DNA from: Lachnospiraceae bacterium
Lineage (GTDB): Bacteria > Bacillota > Clostridia > Lachnospirales > Lachnospiraceae
DNA length: 60,048 nt
Assembly: GCA_022781515.1 (NCBI GenBank)
Contig: JALETI010000022.1
Location: 1-60,048, forward strand
Reading direction: 5' to 3'
A model generated the notes under the pieces. It did not search any database and had not been told where the DNA came from. It worked only from the letters and a program-made list of their open reading frames with translations. Made by a program: the position numbers and the translations under genes. This document shows positions 17,797 to 30,243 of the stretch, piece by piece. Positions within the stretch are counted from its first letter, which is position 1. Each line of letters begins with the position of its first letter.

Positions 17797-18423
17797 ATGG
17801 CTGATATAAATACCGAAGAGGTTTTAAACCAGGAAGAAGAAACTGCCGGTGCAGCTGCTGAAGATACAGCAGATGAAAAGGCAGCTGCCGGACAGCCTGA
17901 AGATTCCAATCAGGAAACGGAAAACAGTGAAAATTCAGATACCGATGCCGGACAGGAAAAGAAAGGCTTCTTTAAAAAGAAAAAAGACAAAAAAGATGAG
18001 CAGATTGAAGAACTGAATGATCGCCTGAAACGCAGCATGGCGGAGTTTGACAACTACAGAAAACGTACAGAAAAAGAAAAAGCTGCCATGTTTGAAGTTG
18101 GTGCAAAAAGTGTAATTGAGAAAATGCTCTCTGTTGTTGACAACTTTGAGAGAGGGCTGATGACCGTTCCGGAAGATGAAAAAGATGCCCCCTTTGTTCA
18201 GGGGATGGAAAAAACCTATAAGCATCTGATGAAAACTCTGGAAGATCTGGAAGTTCTTCCCATTGAGGCAGTTGGAAAAGAATTTGATCCTACCCTTCAC
18301 AATGCGGTTATGCATGTGGAGGATGAGGAAGCCGGCGACAATATTGTAGTAGAAGAATTCCAGAAAGGATACTGCTACAGAGGAAATGTGGTCCGCTTCA
18401 GTATGGTCAAAGTGGCAAACTGA
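17797..18423 (+). CDS. grpE: nucleotide exchange factor GrpE
   Basis: AEFDNYRKR, FDPTLHNAV, QKGY...VRFSMVKV. Start may be 17788 or 17797. Confidence 0.95.
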   Translation: MADINTEEVLNQEEETAGAAAEDTADEKAAAGQPEDSNQETENSENSDTDAGQEKKGFFKKKKDKKDEQIEELNDRLKRSMAEFDNYRKRTEKEKAAMFEVGAKSVIEKMLSVVDNFERGLMTVPEDEKDAPFVQGMEKTYKHLMKTLEDLEVLPIEAVGKEFDPTLHNAVMHVEDEEAGDNIVVEEFQKGYCYRGNVVRFSMVKVAN

Positions 18424-18481
18424 TAAAACCTGCTTCTGTTTTTCAAAAACAGGCAGATTGATATATATTCAGATTATCTGA

Positions 18482-20434
<1,953 letters not shown>

Positions 20435-20629
20435 TCTGTCCCGGAGAAAAAAGTCTGTATCACAGATGTATATGGATCTGACACGTTCATCAATCAAGAA
20501 AGACTTGTAAATTTATTATATTTTAAAAGCTGTAACGGAACGCCGGATACGACGTTCCGTGCAGTGCGTTTAGAAACAAATTCAAAGATATCAGGGAAGA
20601 TGCTGTTTTAACAGGATAAAGGTGATTTT

Positions 20630-21781
20630 ATGGCAGATAAAAGAGATTATTACGAGGTGCTTGGTGTCTCAAAAGATGCCGGCGAAGCAGATCTGAAAAA
20701 GGCATATCGTAAAATGGCCAAAAAATATCATCCGGACACCAATCAGGGTGATGAAGTAGCTGCGGAAAAGTTTAAAGAAGTACAGGAAGCATATGCTGTA
20801 TTAAGCGATCCGGAAAAAAGAAAGATGTATGATCAGTTCGGCCATGCGGCATTTGACCAGACAGCAGGAGGCGGTGCCGGCGGCTTCGGCGGTTTTGGCG
20901 GCTTTGATTTTGGCGGCGATATGGGAGATATTTTCGGCGATCTCTTTGGTTTTGGCGGTCGAAGCAGAGAGAGAAACTATAATGGTCCGGTGAAAGGCGC
21001 CAATATCGGTGCAACCATCCGTATTTCGTTTGAAGATGCAGTATTTGGTGTTGAAAAAGAAATTGAACTGAATTTGAAAGATGAATGTTCTGATTGCAAA
21101 GGTACAGGAGCTCAGCCCGGAACTTCTCCAGAAACCTGTCCGAAATGTAACGGCCGCGGTCGTGTTGTGATGACGCAGCAGAGTATGTTCGGTATGGTAA
21201 GAAGTGAACAGGCATGTCCTGACTGCGGAGGCAGCGGTAAAATCATCAAACATAAGTGCTCCAAGTGCAGCGGCACCGGTTATACTTCATCCAGAAAGAA
21301 GATTCAGGTCACAGTCCCTGCCGGTATTGACAACGGACAGAGCATCCGGATACGCGGAAAAGGAGAACCCGGCCGCAATGGCGGTGAACGCGGAGACCTG
21401 CTGGTGGAAATCATGATCGACAGCCATCCCGTATTCCAGAGACAGGATACAACCATATATTCGACCGTTCCCATCAGTTTTGCAAAAGCAGCCATGGGTG
21501 GTCCGATTCGTATCAAGACAGTAGACGGGGAAGTGGAATATCAGGTACAGCCCGGTACACAGACGGATACCAGAATCCGCCTGAGGGGCAAAGGTGTTCC
21601 TTATCTCAGAAATAAAACCACAAGAGGCGATCATTATGTAACCTTTGTGGTTCAGGTACCCAGAACCCTGACCAGCAAGCAAAAAGAGGCATTAAAAGCT
21701 TTTGCGGATGCCATGGGTGAAAACGATGAAACTGCATCGTCTGAACACAAAGAGAAGAAAAAAGGTTTCAGAAAAAAATAA
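20630..21781 (+). CDS. dnaJ: chaperone DnaJ
   Basis: J-domain HPD, G/F region, four CxxCxGxG zinc motifs. Confidence 0.98.
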   Translation: MADKRDYYEVLGVSKDAGEADLKKAYRKMAKKYHPDTNQGDEVAAEKFKEVQEAYAVLSDPEKRKMYDQFGHAAFDQTAGGGAGGFGGFGGFDFGGDMGDIFGDLFGFGGRSRERNYNGPVKGANIGATIRISFEDAVFGVEKEIELNLKDECSDCKGTGAQPGTSPETCPKCNGRGRVVMTQQSMFGMVRSEQACPDCGGSGKIIKHKCSKCSGTGYTSSRKKIQVTVPAGIDNGQSIRIRGKGEPGRNGGERGDLLVEIMIDSHPVFQRQDTTIYSTVPISFAKAAMGGPIRIKTVDGEVEYQVQPGTQTDTRIRLRGKGVPYLRNKTTRGDHYVTFVVQVPRTLTSKQKEALKAFADAMGENDETASSEHKEKKKGFRKK

Positions 21782-21827
21782 GCAGAATAAGCAGAAATAG
21801 AATTTTTTCTGATATGGAGATTACAAC

Positions 21828-22784
21828 ATGAAATGGATTCGCATTTGTATTGATACAACAACCGAAGCAGTGGATTTTATCAGTGAAATGTTAAACGAAC
21901 TGGGTGTGGAAGGCATAGAGATTGAAGACAATGTGCCTCTGACCGAAGCGGAGACAAAAGGTATGTTCATTGATATTCTCCCGGAACTGGCCCCTGATGA
22001 CGGCAGTGCAAAAGTATCCTGTTATCTGGAAACCGATGAGGATGTGGAAGCACTGATGGAAAAGATTAAGGAAGGACTGGAAGAGATTTCCATGTTTGCC
22101 AATATCGGTACAGGTCAGATTTCCTTATCTGAAACAGAAGATAAGGATTGGATCAACAACTGGAAACAGTTTTTCAAACCTTTCTGTGTGGATGATATTC
22201 TGATCAAACCCACCTGGGAAGAAGTGCCGGAAGAACATAAAGATAAAATGATGATTGAAATTGATCCGGGAACGGCGTTCGGAACCGGATCCCATGAAAC
22301 AACCCGTCTCTGTATTCGCCAGATTCAGAAATATCTGAAAAAGGGCGACAAAGTAATGGATATCGGAACCGGAAGCGGTATTCTTTCCATTGCTGCCATG
22401 AAACTGGGTGCATCTGAGGTTTTTGCCACGGATGTGGATGAATTTGCTGTGGAAGCAGCCATTGAAAATGTGGCGGTTAACCATATTCCGGCGGAAAAGG
22501 TGACAATGATCACCGGTGATATTATCGGAGATGAGGAAATTCAGAAAACAGCCGGATATGAATGCTATGATTTTGCAGTTGCCAATATTCTGGCACCGGT
22601 TATCATTATGCTGCAAGGTGAAATTGCCAGACATCTGAAATCCGGTTCATATTTTATAACTTCCGGTATTATCAATACCAAGGAAGAAGAGGTAAAGGCT
22701 GCTTTTCTTGCAAATCCGGAATTTGAACTGATTGAAACGGTTTATGATAATGACTGGGTGTCCATTACAGCACGTAAAAAATAG
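21828..22784 (+). CDS. prmA: ribosomal protein L11 methyltransferase
   Basis: WINNWK, IDPGTAFGTGSHETT, DIGTGSGILSI, ANILA. Confidence 0.95.
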   Translation: MKWIRICIDTTTEAVDFISEMLNELGVEGIEIEDNVPLTEAETKGMFIDILPELAPDDGSAKVSCYLETDEDVEALMEKIKEGLEEISMFANIGTGQISLSETEDKDWINNWKQFFKPFCVDDILIKPTWEEVPEEHKDKMMIEIDPGTAFGTGSHETTRLCIRQIQKYLKKGDKVMDIGTGSGILSIAAMKLGASEVFATDVDEFAVEAAIENVAVNHIPAEKVTMITGDIIGDEEIQKTAGYECYDFAVANILAPVIIMLQGEIARHLKSGSYFITSGIINTKEEEVKAAFLANPEFELIETVYDNDWVSITARKK

Positions 22785-22892
22785 AACCGTTTGTAAAACG
22801 ATATCAGCCCATGTATAAAATTAAAGACATTTGCGATAATACAAATTATTATGGACAGAATCCGGCTTTTATGATATAGTGGAACGGTGTGA

Positions 22893-22945
22893 ACAACCGC
22901 CCGGACCTGGCACATGGAATCTCCAACCGGTGCTCAGTCCATGGG
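22893..22945 (+). promoter_or_regulatory. S15 (rpsO) autoregulatory leader RNA, Firmicutes type
   Basis: AACC...GGACCTGGCAC...GAATCTCCAA...GTGCTCAGTCC...GGG nested stems in the rpsO 5' UTR, downstream of TGaTATAGT. Confidence 0.55.
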
Positions 22946-23004
22946 TATGTACCGTCAGCATGTGCTGACCATCATTTTATATTATTTTAAGGAGGTAATC
23001 AATC

Positions 23005-23271
23005 ATGATTACAAAGGAAAGAAAAGCTGCAATCGTTGCTGAATTCGGCAAGACACCCACAGACACAGGTTCTACAGAAGTACAGATCGCTCTTCTGACA
23101 GAAAGAATCAGAGAACTGACTGAGCATCTGAAGGATCATAAGAAAGATCATCATTCCAGAAGAGGTCTTCTGAAGATGGTTGGTAAGAGACGTGGTTTAC
23201 TGGCTTACCTGAAGAAGAACGATATCGAAGGATACCGTACTCTGATCGCTCGTTTAGGTATCAGAAAGTAA
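23005..23271 (+). CDS. rpsO: 30S ribosomal protein S15
   Basis: [32 protein letters not shown]. Confidence 0.98.
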   Translation: MITKERKAAIVAEFGKTPTDTGSTEVQIALLTERIRELTEHLKDHKKDHHSRRGLLKMVGKRRGLLAYLKKNDIEGYRTLIARLGIRK

Positions 23272-23337
23272 TCAGTTTCCTGCGAATTGTAAAGCGAACA
23301 AAGTGAGACGGATTTCCGTTCTGAAATCCGTCATTGG

Positions 23338-23380
23338 GCCACAGGGGTTTTATGTGAGTACATTTCTCCTGTGGCTTTTT
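23338..23380 (+). terminator. intrinsic terminator after rpsO
   Basis: GCCACAGGGG/CTCCTGTGGC stem plus T5. Confidence 0.7.
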
Positions 23381-23394
23381 ACTGACATATAACA

Positions 23395-23499
23395 GGCAGA
23401 AGGGTATCCGGGACCACTGAAAAGTACAATGTCCGGTGGGATGTTCAGATGGAGGAGATTGTTTTTTTCAGTAGTTTCGGTACTTATACCAATCTGCTT
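23395..23499 (+). promoter_or_regulatory. long stem-loop in the pnp leader (probable RNase III processing site)
   Basis: GCAGA..GGTAT..CCG..ACTGAAAAG..ACAAT pairs with ATTGT..TTTTTCAGT..CGG..ATACC..TCTGC. Confidence 0.55.
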
Positions 23500-23586
23500 T
23501 TTATGGTTGTTTGATTGTAAAGTGTAATTGAAATTGGAAAAAACCCGGTTTACGGGTGGATTGAGTTTTTGAAAGGAGCATTGAAT

Positions 23587-25674
23587 ATGTATAAGAGTTA
23601 TTCAATGGAGCTTGCCGGCAGAACACTGCGTGTTGATATCGGCAGAGTTGCTGCACAGGCGAATGGTGCGGCATTTATCCATTATGGTGATACTGTTCTT
23701 CTTTGTACGGCTACCGCATCCGACAAGCCTAGAGATGGAATTGATTTTTTTCCTCTGAGCGTGGAATATGAAGAAAAGATGTATGCTGTTGGTAAGATTC
23801 CCGGTGGTTTCAATAAAAGAGAGGGAAAGGCATCTGAACATGCGATTCTGACATCACGTGTTATTGATCGTCCCATGCGTCCTCTGTTCCCGAAGGATTA
23901 CAGAAATGATGTAACACTGAACAATATGGTTATGAGTGTGGATCCTGCATGTGCACCGGAAGTGACTGCAATGCTGGGTTCTGCCATTGCAGTATCTATT
24001 TCTGATATTCCCTTTGCAGGTCCCATTGCGGCAACACAGGTGGGTATGATTGATGGGGAACTGATTTTCAATCCCACCAATGAACAGAAGCATGCTTCCA
24101 GCCTTGCACTGACCGTTGCATCCACGAGAGAAAAGGTAATCATGATTGAAGCAGGTGCAGATGAAGTGCCGGAAGATCAGATGATCGAGGCTATTTTTGC
24201 TGCACATGAAGTAAATCAGCAGATTATTGCTTTTATTGATACCATCGTTGCTGAATGCGGAAAGCCGAAACACGAATATGAACATATTGATACACCGGAA
24301 GATCTGTGGAATGATATGACAGCTTTCGTGCCTTCTGCTGAAATGGAGGAAGCTGTATTTACCGATGAAAAACAGGTCAGAGAAGCCAATATCAGATCCA
24401 TTAAGGAAAAGCTGACCGCACGTTATGAAGAAATGAATCCTGACTGGCTGCCTTTACTGGATGAAGCTGTTTACAAATATCAGAAAAAGACCGTGCGTAA
24501 GATGATTCTGAAGGATCATAAGCGTCCCGATGGACGTGCAATCAATCAGATTCGTCCTCTGGCTGCGGAAGTAGATATCGTTCCCAGGGTTCATGGATCT
24601 GCAATGTTTACAAGAGGACAGACACAGATCTGTACCATTACAACACTGGCGCCGCTTTCTGATGCACAGAAACTGGATGGTCTGGATCTTCTGGAAACTT
24701 CCAAGAGATATATGCACCATTATAATTTCCCTTCATACTCAGTTGGTGAAACAAAGCCTTCCAGAGGTCCGGGACGTCGTGAAATCGGTCATGGTGCCCT
24801 TGCAGAACGTGCTCTGATTCCGGTACTTCCTTCAGAGGAAGAGTTCCCTTATGCAATCCGTACCGTATCGGAAACCTTTGAATCCAACGGTTCCACTTCT
24901 CAGGCAAGTATCTGTGCATCCACCATGTCTCTGATGGCTGCAGGTGTACCGATCAAAGCTCCTGTTGCAGGTATTTCCTGCGGTCTGGTTACCGGCGAGA
25001 CAGATGATGATTACATCGTTCTGACTGACATTCAGGGTCTGGAAGACTTCTTTGGAGATATGGACTTCAAGGTGGCAGGTACCGAAAAGGGTATTACGGC
25101 AATTCAGATGGATATTAAAATTCATGGTCTGACCCGTGCCATTGTGGAAGAAGCAATTGCACGTACCAGAGAAGCACGCATGTATATTATGAACGAAGTT
25201 ATGGTCAAAGCAATTGAAGAACCCAGAGCTGAAGTGGGTGAATTTGCTCCCAAGATTGACAAGATCATGATTGATCCTGCAAAGATCGGTGATGTTGTCG
25301 GTAAACAGGGTAAGGTCATTAACCGCATTATTGATGAGACAGGCGTTCGGATTGATATTTCCGATGACGGTCTGGTCAGCATCTGCGGTACCGATAAGGA
25401 TATGATCGCAAAGGCAAGAAAGATGGTTGAAATCATTACCACTGATTTTGAGGAAGGCCAGATATTCGAAGGTGTTGTAATCAGCATTAAGGAATTTGGT
25501 GCATTCCTGGAATTTGCCCCGGGTAAGGAAGGTATGGTTCACATTTCCAAGATCAGCAAACAACGTATCAATCATGTGGAAGATGTGCTTACTCTTGGCG
25601 ATAAGGTTAAAGTTGTATGTCTTGGCAAGGACAAGATGGGCAGAATCAGCTTCAGCATGAAAGATGTAAAATAA
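23587..25674 (+). CDS. pnp: polyribonucleotide nucleotidyltransferase
   Basis: DFFPLSVEY, RVIDRPMRP, HGSAMFTRGQTQ, ESNGSTS, DMDFKVAG, then KH and S1 domains. Confidence 0.98.
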   Translation: MYKSYSMELAGRTLRVDIGRVAAQANGAAFIHYGDTVLLCTATASDKPRDGIDFFPLSVEYEEKMYAVGKIPGGFNKREGKASEHAILTSRVIDRPMRPLFPKDYRNDVTLNNMVMSVDPACAPEVTAMLGSAIAVSISDIPFAGPIAATQVGMIDGELIFNPTNEQKHASSLALTVASTREKVIMIEAGADEVPEDQMIEAIFAAHEVNQQIIAFIDTIVAECGKPKHEYEHIDTPEDLWNDMTAFVPSAEMEEAVFTDEKQVREANIRSIKEKLTARYEEMNPDWLPLLDEAVYKYQKKTVRKMILKDHKRPDGRAINQIRPLAAEVDIVPRVHGSAMFTRGQTQICTITTLAPLSDAQKLDGLDLLETSKRYMHHYNFPSYSVGETKPSRGPGRREIGHGALAERALIPVLPSEEEFPYAIRTVSETFESNGSTSQASICASTMSLMAAGVPIKAPVAGISCGLVTGETDDDYIVLTDIQGLEDFFGDMDFKVAGTEKGITAIQMDIKIHGLTRAIVEEAIARTREARMYIMNEVMVKAIEEPRAEVGEFAPKIDKIMIDPAKIGDVVGKQGKVINRIIDETGVRIDISDDGLVSICGTDKDMIAKARKMVEIITTDFEEGQIFEGVVISIKEFGAFLEFAPGKEGMVHISKISKQRINHVEDVLTLGDKVKVVCLGKDKMGRISFSMKDVK

Positions 25675-25686
25675 TGAGGTGTTCCG

Positions 25687-26415
25687 GTGATTGATGTATT
25701 AGATATTCATACACATACACTGGCCAGCGGTCACGCCTATAATACGTTATATGAAATGGCAGTACAGGCAAAGGCCATGGGTCTTGCTGTGCTGGGTATT
25801 ACAGAGCATGCACCCCAGATGCCCGGGACCTGCCATGAATTCTATTTTGCCAATCTGAAGGCTGTTCCCAGAGTGATTAACGGTCAGAAGATTCTCCTCG
25901 GTACGGAACTGAATCTTCTGGACCATGAAGGCAATGTGGATCTGTCAGATGACATACTGGAAAATCTGGATGTGTGTATTGCAAGTATCCATCCGCCCTG
26001 CTTTCAGCGGAACAGAACCATGGAGGCCGTTACATCCGCATATTTGAATGCATGCGAAAATCCGTACATCACCATAATCGGTCATCCGGATGACGGTCGT
26101 TTTCCGGTGGATTATGAGCAGCTTGCCATAAAGGCAAGAGATACCAGCACATTGCTGGAATTGAATGAGGGTTCCCTGACACCCGGCAGTTTTCGTATGA
26201 ATACAAGAGAAAATGCAAAGCTCATGCTTCATTATTGTGAGAAATACGGTGCGAAGGTTATCATGAACAGCGATGCGCATGTTGCCTCCGCTGTGGGCAG
26301 TCACAGGTATCCAATGGAAGTCATTGAGGAAATGGGGTTTCCGGAAGAACTGGTAGTGAATGGATCTTTGGAAGAATTTACGAAATTTTTAAGAAAACCC
26401 CCTGTCTGGTTATAG
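25687..26415 (+). CDS. PHP-domain phosphatase (YcdX-like)
   Basis: DIHTHTLASGHAY, ITEH, IIGHP, ELNE, NSDAH. Confidence 0.9.
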   Translation: MIDVLDIHTHTLASGHAYNTLYEMAVQAKAMGLAVLGITEHAPQMPGTCHEFYFANLKAVPRVINGQKILLGTELNLLDHEGNVDLSDDILENLDVCIASIHPPCFQRNRTMEAVTSAYLNACENPYITIIGHPDDGRFPVDYEQLAIKARDTSTLLELNEGSLTPGSFRMNTRENAKLMLHYCEKYGAKVIMNSDAHVASAVGSHRYPMEVIEEMGFPEELVVNGSLEEFTKFLRKPPVWL

Positions 26416-26422
26416 AAAAAGG

Positions 26423-26463
26423 AGAAAAGCCGGCCAATTGTTTTGGTTGGCTTTCTTTTTTTT
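26423..26463 (+). terminator. intrinsic terminator
   Basis: AAAGCCGGCCAA/TTGGTTGGCTTT stem plus long T-run. Confidence 0.75.
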
Positions 26464-26794
26464 GCACATAATCATGCGGGAAAAAGAAAAAATAAGCGAA
26501 TTTTATCATAAATAATGAAAATAAAGGCTTTGTTTTCAGACTCTTGAATTTAAAGCATAAATGTTTTAAATTATTAACGGCGAAATGAGATGGTAAAATC
26601 TGATTGCTGCGCCATATATTTGAGAAAATTGTAAGAAATCCCTGACTGAATATGTGTATGGGATGAATTACAAATATACAAATACAATAAGTAGTTTAGC
26701 AGAAGCACAGAAATAAACGGATGGGATGTTTGTATTTAAAACACGAAAACAAAATACATGCCCCCGGTAACTGTGAATATGGAGGAAATGAAGT

Positions 26795-28231
26795 ATGGGT
26801 AATTCTTTAGCAGCAATGCGTATCAGCGGATTACTGGATGAAGGAAGCTTTGTGGAAATCGGCGGTGCAGTCACAGCCAGAAGCACTTCCTTTAATATGC
26901 CACAGAAGGAAACTCCTTCCGATGGCGTAATTACCGGCTATGGTCTGATCGACTGCAAACCTGTTTATGTGTACAGTCAGAACGCAGCGGTTCTGGGCGG
27001 CACCATTGGTGAAATGCATGCAAAAAAAATTGTAAAGTTATATGAGATGGCTATGAAAACAGGTGCTCCTGTTATCGGTCTGATCGATTGTGCCGGTCTC
27101 AGACTTCAGGAGGCAACCGATGCACTGAATGCATTTGGTGAGGTTTATGCATGCCAGATCAAGGCAAGCGGTGTGATTCCTCAGATTACCGGTATTTTCG
27201 GTGTCTGCGGCGGCGGCATGTCTGTTATCCCCACATTGACAGATTTCACATTTATGGAAAGCACAAAAGCAAAACTTTTTGTGAATTCTCCCAATACCAT
27301 GATTGGTTCCAATACGGAAGAAATTGCATCTGCCAAGTTCCAGGCAGAGCGTGTCGGTGTTGTGGATGCAGCGGAGGGGGAAGATGCCGTTCTTGCATCT
27401 ATCCGTGAACTGATTGCCATGCTTCCCGAAAATAACGAAGACAGTGCAGTCATTGAGTGTGAAGACGATCTGAATCGTGTTTGCGAAGGCATTGAAAACT
27501 GTTCCGGTGATACTGCAGCCGCTCTGTCCATGATTGCCGACCAGAATCATTTCGTGGAAATCCGTGCAGATTACGCAAAAGAGATGGTAACCGGTTTCCT
27601 GCGTCTGAATGGAGAAACCGTGGGTGCTGTTGCAAACCGTACAGAAGTATGTGACGAAGAAGGCAATGTGACAGAAACATTTGATGGAAAGCTTTCTTCC
27701 AACGGATGCAGCAAAGCGGCAAGATTTATCCGCTTCTGTGATGCATTCAACATTCCTGTCCTTACTGTTACGAATGCAAATGGTCTCAAGGCAGATAAAC
27801 ATCAGGAAATGAAACTGCAGAAAGCCATGGCTGAAATGGCTTATGCTTACGGCAGTGCATCCGTTCCCATGGTAAATCTGGTGGTGGGACAGGCTTACGG
27901 CAGTGCATATGTTGTCATGAACAGCAAGGCTCTGGGAGCAGATCTGGTATTTGCATGGCCGGAAAGTTCTATCGGCACCATGAAGGCAGAAAGTGCTGTT
28001 CGCATCATTTATGCAGATGAAATTGCGGCAAGTACTGCAGCACCTGAACTGATTAAGGAAAAAGCAGCTGAATATGAAGCTGCACAGCAGAGTCCCGATG
28101 CAGCTGCGTCCAGAGGATATGTGGATGCTGTGATTGAGCCGGCAAGTACCAGAAAGCATCTGATTGCAGCATTTGATATGCTTTTTACAAAGAGAGCGGT
28201 TTGCCCTGGAAAGAAGCATGGAACGGTCTGA
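26795..28231 (+). CDS. acyl-CoA carboxyltransferase (MmdA/PccB/transcarboxylase 12S-like), divergent
   Basis: LLDEGSFVEIG, DGVITGYG, GLRLQEA, SGVIPQI, RFIRFCDAFNIP, KKHG at the C-terminus. Confidence 0.88.
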   Translation: MGNSLAAMRISGLLDEGSFVEIGGAVTARSTSFNMPQKETPSDGVITGYGLIDCKPVYVYSQNAAVLGGTIGEMHAKKIVKLYEMAMKTGAPVIGLIDCAGLRLQEATDALNAFGEVYACQIKASGVIPQITGIFGVCGGGMSVIPTLTDFTFMESTKAKLFVNSPNTMIGSNTEEIASAKFQAERVGVVDAAEGEDAVLASIRELIAMLPENNEDSAVIECEDDLNRVCEGIENCSGDTAAALSMIADQNHFVEIRADYAKEMVTGFLRLNGETVGAVANRTEVCDEEGNVTETFDGKLSSNGCSKAARFIRFCDAFNIPVLTVTNANGLKADKHQEMKLQKAMAEMAYAYGSASVPMVNLVVGQAYGSAYVVMNSKALGADLVFAWPESSIGTMKAESAVRIIYADEIAASTAAPELIKEKAAEYEAAQQSPDAAASRGYVDAVIEPASTRKHLIAAFDMLFTKRAVCPGKKHGTV

Positions 28232-28257
28232 GTTCAGATTCTGATTGAGGTGAAATT

Positions 28258-28608
28258 ATGACATATGGTGAAATTTTAGTAAAAGCCCTTACCAATACGG
28301 CTCTTGGCATGGGTACCGTGTTCCTGTCTCTGATTTTTATTGCATGTATTATTGCCATGCTGCCGAAGGTAACAGGGGCATTTGAATCCATAGGCAAAAG
28401 AAAAAAAGAAGAAACAAAAGCCGCAGAAACGGCGCCTGCAGAAGAAACACAGCTGCAGAAAATCATTCCGGAAGAAGAAGGAATGGATGATCTTGAGCTG
28501 GTTGCAGTCATTACGGCAGCAATTGCAGCAATGGAAGGGATACCGGCCGATGGATTTGTGGTACGTTCCATCAAGCGCAGTTCACAGAATAAATGGCGCA
28601 GAGTATAA
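28258..28608 (+). CDS. oadG: Na+-pump decarboxylase gamma/delta subunit (OadG family)
   Basis: LGMGTVFLSLIFI TM helix, ELVAVITAAIAA, FVVRSIKR. Confidence 0.85.
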   Translation: MTYGEILVKALTNTALGMGTVFLSLIFIACIIAMLPKVTGAFESIGKRKKEETKAAETAPAEETQLQKIIPEEEGMDDLELVAVITAAIAAMEGIPADGFVVRSIKRSSQNKWRRV

Positions 28609-28660
28609 GCGGCGATTTGATAATTATTTTAGTTTTTTAGATTTTTAGGAGGATTTATCC

Positions 28661-29026
28661 ATGAAAAGTTATGTGATTACTGTAAATGGTGTTTCTTATG
28701 ATGTAACTGTAGAAGAAACCACTGGAGGGGCAGCACCTGCTGCAGCTCCCAAGGCAGCTCCCCGTGCAGTTCCGAAGGCAGCAGCGAAACCCGCTGCAGC
28801 AGCCGGTGCAGGCAGTGTCCCTGTAAAGAGCGGTGCAGCCGGTAAGGTTGTAAAGATCGAGGCAGGTGTTGGTACTGCAGTAAAGAAAGGCGATACTGTT
28901 ATTATTATTGAAGCCATGAAGATGGAAATTCCCGTTGTAGCTCCCGAAGATGGTACCGTAGCATCTGTTGACTGCAAAGTTGGTGACGCCATTGATGGCG
29001 GTGCTGTACTGGCAACATTAAACTAA
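28661..29026 (+). CDS. biotin carboxyl carrier protein
   Basis: ITVNGVSYDVTVEE, Ala/Pro linker, EAMKME biotinylation motif. Confidence 0.95.
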   Translation: MKSYVITVNGVSYDVTVEETTGGAAPAAAPKAAPRAVPKAAAKPAAAAGAGSVPVKSGAAGKVVKIEAGVGTAVKKGDTVIIIEAMKMEIPVVAPEDGTVASVDCKVGDAIDGGAVLATLN

Positions 29027-29047
29027 TCCGTTTCGGAGGTTGAATCA

Positions 29048-30169
29048 ATGGATATTTTAAGTACATTGTCAAACCTTGTGCACCAGACAGCTTTTTTTGG
29101 ACTGAGTGTCGGAAATTATGCCATGATTCTGGTTGCATGCGGTTTCCTTTACCTGGCAATTGTCAAGGAGTATGAACCCCTGCTTCTTGTTCCGATTTCT
29201 TTCGGTATGCTGCTGGTAAATATTTATCCCCCTATCATGCAGGATGATGGATTACTTCATTATTTCTTTCTGCTGGATGAATGGTCCATTCTGCCTTCTC
29301 TGATTTTTATGGGCGTTGGTGCCATGACAGACTTCGGTCCCCTGATTGCAAACCCCATGAGTTTCCTTCTGGGTGCCGCTGCGCAGTTTGGTATTTTTGC
29401 TGCCTATATCGGTGCTATGCTTCTGGGCTTCTCCGATGAAGCAGCCGCAGCCGTATCCATCATCGGCGGCGCGGACGGTCCTACATCCATTTTCCTGGCT
29501 GGTAAGCTGCACCAGACACAGCTGATGGGTCCCATCGCCGTTGCAGCATATTCCTACATGTCTCTGGTTCCGATCATTCAGCCGCCCATCATGAAGCTGC
29601 TGACCACAAAAGAAGAACGTATGATTCGTATGGAACAGCTCCGCCCGGTAAGCAAGACAGAAAAGATCCTGTTCCCGATTATTGTTACCATTGTGGTATG
29701 TATGTTTCTTCCTTCCACAGCTCCTCTGGTAGGCATGCTGATGCTGGGTAATCTGTTCAAGGAATCCGGCGTGGTAAAACAGCTGACCGATACCGCATCC
29801 AATGCCATGATGTATATTGTTGTTATTCTTCTGGGTACATCAGTAGGTGCGACCACCAGTGCAGAAGCATTCCTGAACATGACCACCATTAAGATTGTTG
29901 GTCTCGGTCTGTTGGCATTCTGTTTCGGCACGGCAACCGGCGTTCTTTTCGGTAAGCTTATGTGCAGGCTGACAGGAGGCAAAGTAAATCCTCTGATTGG
30001 TTCTGCCGGTGTTTCCGCAGTACCCATGGCAGCACGAGTATCCCAGAAGGTCGGTGCAGAAGCGGATCCTACCAATTTCCTGCTGATGCATGCAATGGGT
30101 CCGAAGGTGGCCGGCGTTATCGGTACCGCAGTTGCTGCCGGTGTATTCATGGCAATTTTCGGAGTATAA
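29048..30169 (+). CDS. oadB: Na+-translocating decarboxylase beta subunit
   Basis: EPLLLVPI, GAMTDFGP, IIGGADGPT, AYSYMSLVP, GVSAVPMAARV. The C-terminal motif reads GPKVAG. Confidence 0.95.
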   Translation: MDILSTLSNLVHQTAFFGLSVGNYAMILVACGFLYLAIVKEYEPLLLVPISFGMLLVNIYPPIMQDDGLLHYFFLLDEWSILPSLIFMGVGAMTDFGPLIANPMSFLLGAAAQFGIFAAYIGAMLLGFSDEAAAAVSIIGGADGPTSIFLAGKLHQTQLMGPIAVAAYSYMSLVPIIQPPIMKLLTTKEERMIRMEQLRPVSKTEKILFPIIVTIVVCMFLPSTAPLVGMLMLGNLFKESGVVKQLTDTASNAMMYIVVILLGTSVGATTSAEAFLNMTTIKIVGLGLLAFCFGTATGVLFGKLMCRLTGGKVNPLIGSAGVSAVPMAARVSQKVGAEADPTNFLLMHAMGPKVAGVIGTAVAAGVFMAIFGV

Positions 30170-30243
30170 TCGTATAATACGTATCTGTACCGGGAAATCG
30201 GAAAAGGATCCCGGTACGGTGAGAAATTTTGGAGGACATCTAG

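Noticed and set aside
20866-20960. GGCGGCTT(C/T) repeats
   Set aside because: Normal DnaJ G/F-rich coding region.
26575-26615. Hairpin upstream of the decarboxylase cluster as a Na+ riboswitch
   Set aside because: A simple hairpin (GGCG..AGAT/ATCT..CGCC); I could not match recalled DUF1646/Na+-I conserved nucleotides.
27038-28219. Long antisense ORFs (also 44043-45209, 46890-48164, 50164-51498, 53773-55008, 59028-60047)
   Set aside because: Shadows of well-supported genes on the opposite strand; no motifs or RBS.
28725-28815. GCAGC-rich repeats
   Set aside because: Encode the Ala/Pro linker of the biotin carrier protein.
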